In this document: piece after piece, positions 56,950-64,000 of the stretch | Layout: every line of letters begins with the position of its first letter | How positions within the stretch are numbered: position 1 is the stretch's first letter | DNA from: Prevotellaceae bacterium UBA2744 | Lineage (GTDB): Bacteria; Bacteroidota; Bacteroidia; Bacteroidales; Bacteroidaceae | DNA length: 64,000 nt | Assembly: GCA_002353575.1 (NCBI GenBank) | Contig: DEJQ01000019.1 | Coordinates: 118,164-182,163 of the forward strand | Direction: 5' to 3' | Made by a program: the position numbers and the translations under genes | Notes under the pieces: generated by a model | Told to the model about the DNA's origin: nothing | Seen by the model: only the letters and a program-made list of their open reading frames with translations | Database searches by the model: none

Positions 56950-56987
56950 AAACCTATAATAACAGCTAAAACATAATTCATACAGAT

Positions 56988-57704
56988 ATGAAATATTTCA
57001 AAGTAATAATAGTTGAAGATGTAAAACTCGAACTGAAGGGTACCGAGCAAATATTCAAGAACGACATACCCGAGGCTGAGATAGTAGGTACTGCGATGAA
57101 TGAAGAACAGCTTTGGCCTCTTATGAATAGCAACACCCCCGACCTTGTCTTGCTCGACCTCGGACTTGGTGGCAGTACCACAGCCGGCATCGACATCTGC
57201 AAACAAATTCGCCGACGCTATCCTGCTGTTCACATCCTCATCTTCACAGGTGAGATTCTAAACGAATGTCTTTGGGTTGACGCTCTCGATGCCGGAGCCG
57301 ATGGAATTGTCCTGAAAACAGGTGAACTGCTCACTCCCGACCTCGTCTATAGTGTGATGAAAGGTAATCACTACGTTTTCAACCAGCCCATCTTGCAGAA
57401 GATTGTTCAGCGTTTCCGTTCCAGCGTACTTGCAGATAACAAACGTTCCGAAGCATCACTCGAATATGACATAGATGAATACGACGAACGCTTCTTGCGT
57501 CACCTCGCACTCGGATACACCAAGGATATGATAGCCAACCTGCGCACTATGCCTTTTGGAGTGAAGTCACTTGAAAAGCGTCAGGCTGACCTCGTTCGTC
57601 GCCTTTTCAGCGAAGATGCTACTGGAGTCAATGCCACCCGTCTGGTTACCAAAGCTCTGCAATTGAACATTATCAACCTCGACAATCTTACTCCCGATGC
57701 ATAA
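56988..57704 (+). CDS. Response regulator with degenerate LuxR/NarL-type C-terminal HTH
   Basis: Receiver domain with acidic pocket IIVEDV, phospho-acceptor context DLVLLDLGLGG, ILIFTG and GIVLK. C-terminal ..RFLRHLALGYTKDMIANL.....SLEKRQADLVRRLF... Confidence 0.8.
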   Translation: MKYFKVIIVEDVKLELKGTEQIFKNDIPEAEIVGTAMNEEQLWPLMNSNTPDLVLLDLGLGGSTTAGIDICKQIRRRYPAVHILIFTGEILNECLWVDALDAGADGIVLKTGELLTPDLVYSVMKGNHYVFNQPILQKIVQRFRSSVLADNKRSEASLEYDIDEYDERFLRHLALGYTKDMIANLRTMPFGVKSLEKRQADLVRRLFSEDATGVNATRLVTKALQLNIINLDNLTPDA

Positions 57705-58293
57705 ATTTCAGAAATATCTGCTCACTGCTGAACTACTCCTGCTGCCCGTCATATCAATTCTGTCATGGGTGTTCAGCATATATCTGCCTAAGCTGCGTAG
57801 TCTGCTTCATCCCAATGGAATCCGTTGGATTGCTACCAGCTTCATCAGTAACTTCACCGCTATGCCGATAGGTGAGATAGTGCTATTCCTCATTGCCCTT
57901 TCTCTTCTGTCCACCCTCAACCTGCGCACACTGTTCGACAGTCACGCTACGCAGAAAGAGAAACGGGCACATATCTTCGCACTCCTTATGCTACTTTTGA
58001 ACATCTTGATAGTCACAATCTTCACCTTCTTTCCACCATACATCCTGCTCAATTTTTTCGGTTCCCTGTCTTCATCGCCACTCATTGACAGCATTCCTGG
58101 AATCCTGTTCATCTGTATTGAGACCACATGCTGCACTTATGCCTATACATCTGGTAAGATGACAACAATGCAGGACTTTGCCCAGACCCACACCTCACTT
58201 CTGGTGAAGTTCTGCCCATACTTCATCCATCTCTTTCTCATCTCACAAATAATTGGGTGGATAGGTTACTCAAATCTATGGGCTTATTTATAA
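57697..58293 (+). CDS. Polytopic membrane protein of unknown function, translationally coupled to the response regulator gene
   Basis: 198 aa with about 5-6 TM helices and an 8-nt overlap with the RR gene. ..LLHPNGIRWIATSFISNFTAMPIGEIVLF.. faintly recalls the N-terminal region of AbgT-type transporters (very tentative). Confidence 0.5.
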   Translation: MHKFQKYLLTAELLLLPVISILSWVFSIYLPKLRSLLHPNGIRWIATSFISNFTAMPIGEIVLFLIALSLLSTLNLRTLFDSHATQKEKRAHIFALLMLLLNILIVTIFTFFPPYILLNFFGSLSSSPLIDSIPGILFICIETTCCTYAYTSGKMTTMQDFAQTHTSLLVKFCPYFIHLFLISQIIGWIGYSNLWAYL

Positions 58294-59216
58294 AAGTACG
58301 ACTTCACGAATGCTCCCACCTGCATGGTGTATTCTTTCGGAAAGTCATGATATGATCTTGCGTGTCTTGCATTCGGAGCTTCCCATATAAACTTGTTTCT
58401 TGGTTTTGCCTGATATAACTTATGTACCATATCGATAGGAACATAATGGTCGTTCGTACCATGAATGAACAGCATAGGCTTCTCGGCTTTCTTTATCTGC
58501 TCTATAGCTGAAGCTTCCTTCAAGTCTAATCCGTACTTCGACTTGCTTATCTTATTTGCTATGTACATAAATGGGAACTCTGGCAGATGATACTTATGTT
58601 CAGTCACATAACTTATGGCATCCCATGCAGAAGTATATCCGCAGTCTTCTACGAAACAGCGAACAGTATTCGGAGTCTCGTCTCCAGCCAGCATCATCGT
58701 CGTAGCAGCTCCCATTGAAATACCGTGCACAACGATTCTCAGATCTTCATTTCCGAATATTTTCGGGGACTCTTTAACCCATCTCTTTATGTCGTTACGG
58801 TCTTCCCATCCCATAGAGATATGGTTGCCCTCGCTTTCTCCGTGTGCTCTCAGGTCGGGCAGCAGCACATTGAAATGCATACTCCGACTATACATATAAG
58901 CTATATGCAGCATACCGAGAGCACAGTTCTTATGTCCGTGCACTACGACAGCTGTGTTCGGCGTTGGTTTGTCGGCTGGAATATAAAACCCATGCAGTCG
59001 CAGACTGTCCACTGACATGATTGTGGTGTCTCTTAGTAGTTGTTCTGAATTCAGTTTCCTGATCCATTGTTTCAGGTGAGGATACTCACTGTACATATAT
59101 GCGTAGGTTTCCTCCTCGTTGCTTTTGGCAGGCGACAGTCCCCAATACACTATATAGTAGCTGATGCCCATCACTGCAAGAATGAGAATGACAACCGAGA
59201 TCAGAATCATTAGCAT
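58284..59216 (-). CDS. Membrane-anchored alpha/beta hydrolase (serine hydrolase)
   Basis: N-terminal TM anchor, nucleophile elbow HGISMGAAT (GxSxG), ..FIHGTNDHYVP.. and a late His. The ORF stays open up to 59444, but that extension overlaps aroE by 214 nt. The start is tentatively placed at ATG 59216, and an earlier non-ATG start is possible. Confidence 0.65.
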   Translation of the reverse strand: MLMILISVVILILAVMGISYYIVYWGLSPAKSNEEETYAYMYSEYPHLKQWIRKLNSEQLLRDTTIMSVDSLRLHGFYIPADKPTPNTAVVVHGHKNCALGMLHIAYMYSRSMHFNVLLPDLRAHGESEGNHISMGWEDRNDIKRWVKESPKIFGNEDLRIVVHGISMGAATTMMLAGDETPNTVRCFVEDCGYTSAWDAISYVTEHKYHLPEFPFMYIANKISKSKYGLDLKEASAIEQIKKAEKPMLFIHGTNDHYVPIDMVHKLYQAKPRNKFIWEAPNARHARSYHDFPKEYTMQVGAFVKSYFYK

Positions 59217-59230
59217 AACCGTCTTCTTAA

Positions 59231-60025
59231 TCAGTCTGCTTGTCCAGTCCAGAACTCCCAACTTGCCTGTGCTTGCAGATGCAGCATTTCGAGTCCGTTT
59301 TTTACTGTTGCCCCTTGCATTTCTCCGCGCTGCATGAACTGTGTTTTCAGAGGATTGTACACCAGATCGTACAGCAGATGGTTTGCTGTTAACAGGTTGT
59401 ATGGTATCTGAGGACTTTCGTCTGTTTTGGGGTGCATTCCGCATGGTGTAGTATTTACGATTATAGTATATGCCTTGATGACGTCATCCGAGAGTTCGGC
59501 ATACGTCAGTGTCTCTCCCTCTGCAGTCGGTTGTTTCCTTCTGCTTACAAACTTCACGTCATCAATGCCAAGTTTCTTTTTCAGTCCGTAGTAAACAGCC
59601 TTTGATGCTCCTCCCGTTCCCAGTATGAGAGCCTTCGAGTGGTGTGGTCTCAGCAGTGGGCGGATACTTTCCACAAAACCGATTACATCCGAGTTGTACC
59701 CCTTCAGGTGCCGCTTACCGTTTTGCCACGTCACTTTTACCACGTTCACAGCACCGATTTCCCTTGCCTCGTCCGACAGTTCGTCGAGCATAGGAATAAT
59801 CTGCTGCTTATACGGAATAGTCACGTTATGTCCTTTTAGGGTAGGGTACTTATCCAGTGTTTCTTGATACTGATTGAGCGAGGGCAACTCAAAGTTAATA
59901 TATTCAGCTTTGATTTGCTCTCGTTCAAATTTCTCGGTGAAAAAGCCCTTCGAGAAGCTGTGTCCCAGCGGGTATCCCAGCAGTCCGAACACAGCTCCGT
60001 TCATATCTGTCCGGGCAGCATTCAT
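59231..60025 (-). CDS. aroE: Shikimate dehydrogenase
   Basis: ..[21 protein letters not shown].., ..NVTIPYKQ.., ..GAVNVV.., ..[11 protein letters not shown]... The start may be Met8 (60004). Confidence 0.85.
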   Translation of the reverse strand: MNAARTDMNGAVFGLLGYPLGHSFSKGFFTEKFEREQIKAEYINFELPSLNQYQETLDKYPTLKGHNVTIPYKQQIIPMLDELSDEAREIGAVNVVKVTWQNGKRHLKGYNSDVIGFVESIRPLLRPHHSKALILGTGGASKAVYYGLKKKLGIDDVKFVSRRKQPTAEGETLTYAELSDDVIKAYTIIVNTTPCGMHPKTDESPQIPYNLLTANHLLYDLVYNPLKTQFMQRGEMQGATVKNGLEMLHLQAQASWEFWTGQAD

Positions 60026-60972
60026 GCGTTCTGCTTCAGATAGTTTGTTACGTTCTCTTCTATTCTCTTTGCTAGATTCTCACTTGCAGGTGCCGGTTGG
60101 AATTTCTCACCGATGATGTGCTCATACAGTTCGATGTATCTTGCCGACACACTCTCTGCATACTCATCCGTAATCTCAGGCATCACCTGTCCGGGTTGGT
60201 TCATGAAGTTATGGTCGATGAGCCACTGACGTACGAATTCCTTCGACAGTTGCTTCTGTGGTTTGCCCTTCTCGAATTTCTCCTTATAGCCTTCAGCATA
60301 GAAGTAGCGGCTTGAGTCCGGAGTGTGTACTTCGTCAATCAGATACACCTTGCCGTCGCGCTTTCCGAATTCGTACTTCGTATCTACCAGGATCAGGCCC
60401 TGCTGTGCAGCTATTTTCGTACCCAATTCAAACAGAGCATAAGTATATTTCTCCATCTGTTCGTAATCCTCCTTCGATACCAGTCCCTGACTGATTATCT
60501 CTTCCTTGGAGATATTCTCGTCGTGTCCTTCATCAGCCTTCGTCGTAGGAGTGATGATTGGGGTAGGGAACTTCTGGTTTTCCTTCATTCCCTCGGGCAG
60601 TGTGATTCCGCATAGAGTGCGGTTGCCTGCCTTATATTCTCTCCATGCCGAACCCGTCAGATAGCCGCGGATAATCATCTCCACGCGGAACCCCTCGCAC
60701 TTCAGTCCCACTGTTACCATCGGGTCTGGAGTAGCCAGTTTCCAGTTTGGCACAATGTTGGCCGATGCATCCAGAAACTTGGCAGCAATCTGGTTGAGTA
60801 CCTGACCCTTGAATGGGATACCCTTTGGCAACACTACGTCGAATGCAGATATGCGGTCGGTTGCTACCATTACCATTAAATCATCATTGATGTTGTACAC
60901 GTCACGAACCTTGCCGTGATACACACTCTTCTGACCAGGAAAATTGAAGTCAGTTCTTGTTAACGCTTTCAT
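60022..60972 (-). CDS. purC: Phosphoribosylaminoimidazole-succinocarboxamide (SAICAR) synthase
   Basis: [26 protein letters not shown]...[12 protein letters not shown].. Start taken at MKALT (60972), which overlaps the phoH stop by 23 nt. Confidence 0.93.
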   Translation of the reverse strand: MKALTRTDFNFPGQKSVYHGKVRDVYNINDDLMVMVATDRISAFDVVLPKGIPFKGQVLNQIAAKFLDASANIVPNWKLATPDPMVTVGLKCEGFRVEMIIRGYLTGSAWREYKAGNRTLCGITLPEGMKENQKFPTPIITPTTKADEGHDENISKEEIISQGLVSKEDYEQMEKYTYALFELGTKIAAQQGLILVDTKYEFGKRDGKVYLIDEVHTPDSSRYFYAEGYKEKFEKGKPQKQLSKEFVRQWLIDHNFMNQPGQVMPEITDEYAESVSARYIELYEHIIGEKFQPAPASENLAKRIEENVTNYLKQNA

Positions 60973-61909
60973 GTTTTTGTTCATATTTATTATATGCATT
61001 TACTATTCTTGTCACCAGTTTATGTCTTACGATATCTTTATCGTCCAGTTCCACAAATCCTATTCCCTTGATACCTTCCAGTATTTCCCTTGCTTCTCTG
61101 AGTCCGCTCTTCACGGCATGTGGCAGGTCTATCTGTGTCATATCGCCGTTTATAATCATCTTCGTGTTCTGTCCCATACGGGTCAGGAACATCTTTATCT
61201 GTTGCGTCGTCGTGTTCTGAGCCTCATCCAGAATTACGATTGCATCGTTCAGCGTTCTGCCTCGCATGAATGCCAGCGGAGCAATCTGTATTATGTTTTG
61301 CTCCATATACTCATTCAGTTTCTGTGCCGGAATCATATCCTGCAGAGCATCATATAGCGGTTGCAGATAAGGGTCGATCTTCTCCTTCATGTCTCCTGGC
61401 AGGAAACCGAGCTTTTCTCCGGCTTCCACAGCCGGGCGCGACAGTATGATACGTCTTATCTCCTTATTTTTCAGTGCTCTCACAGCCAGGGCTATGCTCA
61501 GGTAGGTCTTTCCGCTTCCTGCAGGTCCGATAGCGAAGAGCATATCATTTTCGTTGAATAGGTTTACCAGCCTCTTTTGGTTTTCCGACCTCGCGCTGAT
61601 TCCCTTTCCCGTCACCGAGTAGCATATCACGTTGCCGTCGTTCAGAGCCTTTGCCTCCGTGCCCTTTATTATGTCGATTATAGCATCCTCGCTCAGCGAG
61701 TTGTACTTAGCACAGTGCTTCTGCATCTTGTCGATGTTCTCCTCGAAGGCACACATTTCCTCCTCGTCGCCCATCACTTTGATGACATTACCCCTTGCAA
61801 CGATTCTCAGCTTCGGGTACAACGCTTTAATCATCTGCAGGTGTATATTCTTAACCCCGTAGAAAGCTACGAGGTCGATATCTTCCAATACAATGTGTTT
61901 CTCTATCAA
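60950..61909 (-). CDS. phoH: PhoH-family ATPase
   Basis: 319 aa with Walker [10 protein letters not shown] and ..ILDEAQNTT.., ..GDMTQIDLP... Confidence 0.9.
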   Translation of the reverse strand: MIEKHIVLEDIDLVAFYGVKNIHLQMIKALYPKLRIVARGNVIKVMGDEEEMCAFEENIDKMQKHCAKYNSLSEDAIIDIIKGTEAKALNDGNVICYSVTGKGISARSENQKRLVNLFNENDMLFAIGPAGSGKTYLSIALAVRALKNKEIRRIILSRPAVEAGEKLGFLPGDMKEKIDPYLQPLYDALQDMIPAQKLNEYMEQNIIQIAPLAFMRGRTLNDAIVILDEAQNTTTQQIKMFLTRMGQNTKMIINGDMTQIDLPHAVKSGLREAREILEGIKGIGFVELDDKDIVRHKLVTRIVNAYNKYEQKHESVNKN

Positions 61910-61933
61910 CTTTGACCTTATGATTTAAGTAAC

Positions 61934-62635
61934 TCAGTTTTTTTTATCTTCACTCTTCACTATTGCGATTCCGTTAATAATTCTTCCGTCGCACACCTTC
62001 ATCCTTCGGGCTGAATAGAAGTTTTCCGTAGTCATCGTATCTACTCCGGCCACGTCTATGTTCCCTGCCTTTACTCCCTTGCCTGTCAGTTGCAGTCTGT
62101 TAGCCTCCCACAGGTCTATGTGCCACTTCTCATATCTTCTTGCTATCTGCTGCATGGGGAATCCGGCACCTTTAAACTGTTCATATACCTCGTCGCCCAC
62201 CTCGAAACTCTCAAGGCTGATACCCGGTCCGATGATGGCATGCAGTTTTTCTGGTTTTATGCCATAGTGTTCCTTCAGCACGTCGATATTCTTCTCCACA
62301 ATTCTTTGCAACGTTCCCTTCCAGCCGGCATGCACGGCAGCCACCACCTCTATCTTCTCGTCATACATCAGCACTGGTATGCAGTCGGCAGTTTTCACAC
62401 CTATACACACGTTCTTCTCCTTTGTTGCCAGTGCATCCACGCCATGCAGCAGCATAATCTGCTCCAGTTGAGTCTTGTTCAGGAAGTCCTTGTCAATGAT
62501 GACAGTCTTCGTGCCGTGAATCTGATGACTGGGCAGCACCACGGGCATCTCCACCCTTATGTCCGTCTTGCAGTCTCTCGTGGTAGAGAATGCCAGCACC
62601 TTATCGTTTGTCGTCGGATGTATCAACATATTCAA
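61934..62635 (-). CDS. pgeF: Peptidoglycan editing factor PgeF / YfiH (laccase-domain, DUF152) protein
   Basis: 233 aa. ..FSTTRD.., ..QIHGT.., ..[11 protein letters not shown].., ..[10 protein letters not shown].., ..CT......FYS.RR... Confidence 0.8.
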   Translation of the reverse strand: MNMLIHPTTNDKVLAFSTTRDCKTDIRVEMPVVLPSHQIHGTKTVIIDKDFLNKTQLEQIMLLHGVDALATKEKNVCIGVKTADCIPVLMYDEKIEVVAAVHAGWKGTLQRIVEKNIDVLKEHYGIKPEKLHAIIGPGISLESFEVGDEVYEQFKGAGFPMQQIARRYEKWHIDLWEANRLQLTGKGVKAGNIDVAGVDTMTTENFYSARRMKVCDGRIINGIAIVKSEDKKN

Positions 62636-63812
62636 AACTGTCTTCGTCCAGATCTTCTATATCGTCTTCATCGAGCATTTCGAAGTCCTCTTCTTCCTCC
62701 TCTTCATCCCAGCCCTTGTCATCATCGTCTTCATACGTATAGCTGAACCGTGTCAGGTCTTTCGGAGTTTTCAGTATGTTCTCGGTCGAAGTTGTTGCCG
62801 CTATCTTATTCGACTCCTCGTTCATCTCCTTCCACAGCAGATCCTTCAGTTCCTGTATGTGGAATCCCGACACACTTGATATGAATACTACCGGAACATC
62901 CGTGGGCAGGTTCTCGCTCAGCATCTCCATCAGTTCCTTGTCCTCGCCTATGATGTCACACTTCGTGATGGCGAGCACCCTCTGCTTGTCCAGCAGTTCC
63001 GGATTGTACTGTCTCAGTTCGTTGAGCAGCGTATCGTATTCCTTTCTCAGATCGTCAGCATCGGCAGCAACCATAAACAGCAGGAGCGAATTGCGTTCTA
63101 TGTGTCTCAGGAACCTGAGTCCCAGTCCGCGGCCCTCGCTTGCACCTTCGATAATACCCGGTATGTCGGCAATCACAAACGAGCGGTTGTCCCTGTACGA
63201 CACAACGCCCACCGTCGGCTCCAGTGTGGTGAACGGATAATTGCCTATCTTAGGCTTTGCCGACGAGAGTGTATTCACGAGAGTTGATTTCCCGGCATTC
63301 GGAAACCCTACCAGTCCCACGTCTGCCAGCATTTTCAGCTCCAGGATTACAGTCATCTCCTGCATCGGCTCTCCGGGCTGGGCATATCGCGGAGCCTGAT
63401 TCGTAGGGGTGGCAAAATTGAAGTTACCCAATCCTCCCCGTCCGCCTTTCAGCAGGATGAATTCCTGGTCGTGTTCGTTGATGTCGCAGATATACTCACC
63501 CGTTTCCGCGTTATACACAACGGTTCCCAGCGGCACCTCCACATACACGTCGGCACCCTGGTGACCGGTCGATTTGTCCTTCGAACCGTTCCCCCCGTGT
63601 TCGGCCTGTATATGTCGGTCGTAGCGCAGGTGAAGCAGAGTCCAGTAGTTTCTGTTACCCTTCAGAATCACGTGTCCGCCTCTTCCGCCGTTTCCTCCGT
63701 CGGGACCTCCCTTCGGAATGTATTTCGCACGATGCATATGAGTCGAACCGCGTCCGCCTCGTCCCGATCTGCAGTAGATCTTTACGTAGTCTATGAAATT
63801 GCTTTCAGCCAT
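62601..63812 (-). CDS. obg: GTPase ObgE/CgtA with long acidic C-terminal tail
   Basis: The Obg fold N-terminus is [40 protein letters not shown].. G motifs are [15 protein letters not shown] and TKCD. The C-terminal approximately 70 aa are D/E-rich. Confidence 0.95.
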   Translation of the reverse strand: MAESNFIDYVKIYCRSGRGGRGSTHMHRAKYIPKGGPDGGNGGRGGHVILKGNRNYWTLLHLRYDRHIQAEHGGNGSKDKSTGHQGADVYVEVPLGTVVYNAETGEYICDINEHDQEFILLKGGRGGLGNFNFATPTNQAPRYAQPGEPMQEMTVILELKMLADVGLVGFPNAGKSTLVNTLSSAKPKIGNYPFTTLEPTVGVVSYRDNRSFVIADIPGIIEGASEGRGLGLRFLRHIERNSLLLFMVAADADDLRKEYDTLLNELRQYNPELLDKQRVLAITKCDIIGEDKELMEMLSENLPTDVPVVFISSVSGFHIQELKDLLWKEMNEESNKIAATTSTENILKTPKDLTRFSYTYEDDDDKGWDEEEEEEDFEMLDEDDIEDLDEDSFEYVDTSDDKR

Positions 63813-64000
63813 TATTGCTTATCCAAAAAGGCAAAAATCTCGCCCAGCATCACATCCTTGGAACCCTTCCATGTGAACGTGTTGCGGATGCCTTCCTTAT
63901 CAAACCATTCAGCGAGTGGGGCAGTCTGGTTGTGATACACCTCGAAACGCTTCTTAATAGTCACTTCGTTGTCATCAGCGCGTCCCTGTTCCTTAGCGCG
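63812..64000 (-). CDS. adk: Adenylate kinase, C-terminal part (gene continues beyond window end)
   Basis: Own translation of the minus strand gives ..[61 protein letters not shown]. The GRADDNE..IKKR..VY...T.PL pattern is typical of Adk. The stop overlaps the obg start (TAATG). Confidence 0.8.
   Translation of the reverse strand, partial: RAKEQGRADDNEVTIKKRFEVYHNQTAPLAEWFDKEGIRNTFTWKGSKDVMLGEIFAFLDKQ

Noticed and set aside
62090-63935. 218-, 154- and 154-aa plus-strand ORFs opposite pgeF, obg and adk.
   Set aside because: They are antisense to motif-bearing housekeeping genes, and their translations are low complexity.

Overview
This 64-kb segment reads as a Bacteroidota core-chromosome region, order Bacteroidales and probably Prevotellaceae-like. 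That placement rests on the gene set, the lack of Shine-Dalgarno sites and recurrent TAnnTTTG -7 promoter boxes. About 52 tightly packed CDS are present, and nearly all are recognisable housekeeping genes. They include a ppiD-like gene, lptC-like, lptF/G-like and lptD-like genes, a DEAD-box helicase, tgt, lon, map, tsaD, rsmE, ygiQ, glnS, def, ruvX, upp, valS, panD, panC, cls, a PurF-like gene, yggS, aroE, purC, phoH, pgeF, obg and adk. Many neighbours are translationally coupled by ATGA or TAATG overlaps.

I found no rRNA, tRNA, CRISPR array, integrase, transposase, prophage or obvious defence island. TAnnTTTG boxes 12-35 nt upstream of ATG codons (74 nt for the low-confidence ppiD box) let me shorten several ORF-track starts: the OM barrel, lon, the T9SS plug, the HD protein, panC and cls.

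Observations worth a second look:
1. A strongly GC-rich block, peaking at about 16.7-23.2 kb, is embedded in AT-leaning flanks.
2. Four consecutive intergenic spacers inside that block are filled by unrelated short tandem arrays: heptamers, a 42-bp palindrome-bearing unit, 9 heptamers with a 21-bp superperiod, and octamers.
3. An AmgK-like sugar kinase is fused to a RapZ C-terminal domain, overlaps an FtsEX-like ABC pair, and faces an amidase-like giant secreted protein.
4. A 1141-aa two-module sensor kinase has its intact ATPase domain and its only clear H-box in different modules.
5. A 610-bp gene-free divergent spacer lies between the lptD-like gene and upp.
6. A PurF-like protein lacks the N-terminal catalytic Cys.

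I do not see convincing evidence for an entirely new multi-gene system. The items above are candidates, not demonstrations. All family assignments come from reading the translations and recalling motifs; no alignment or search was run.
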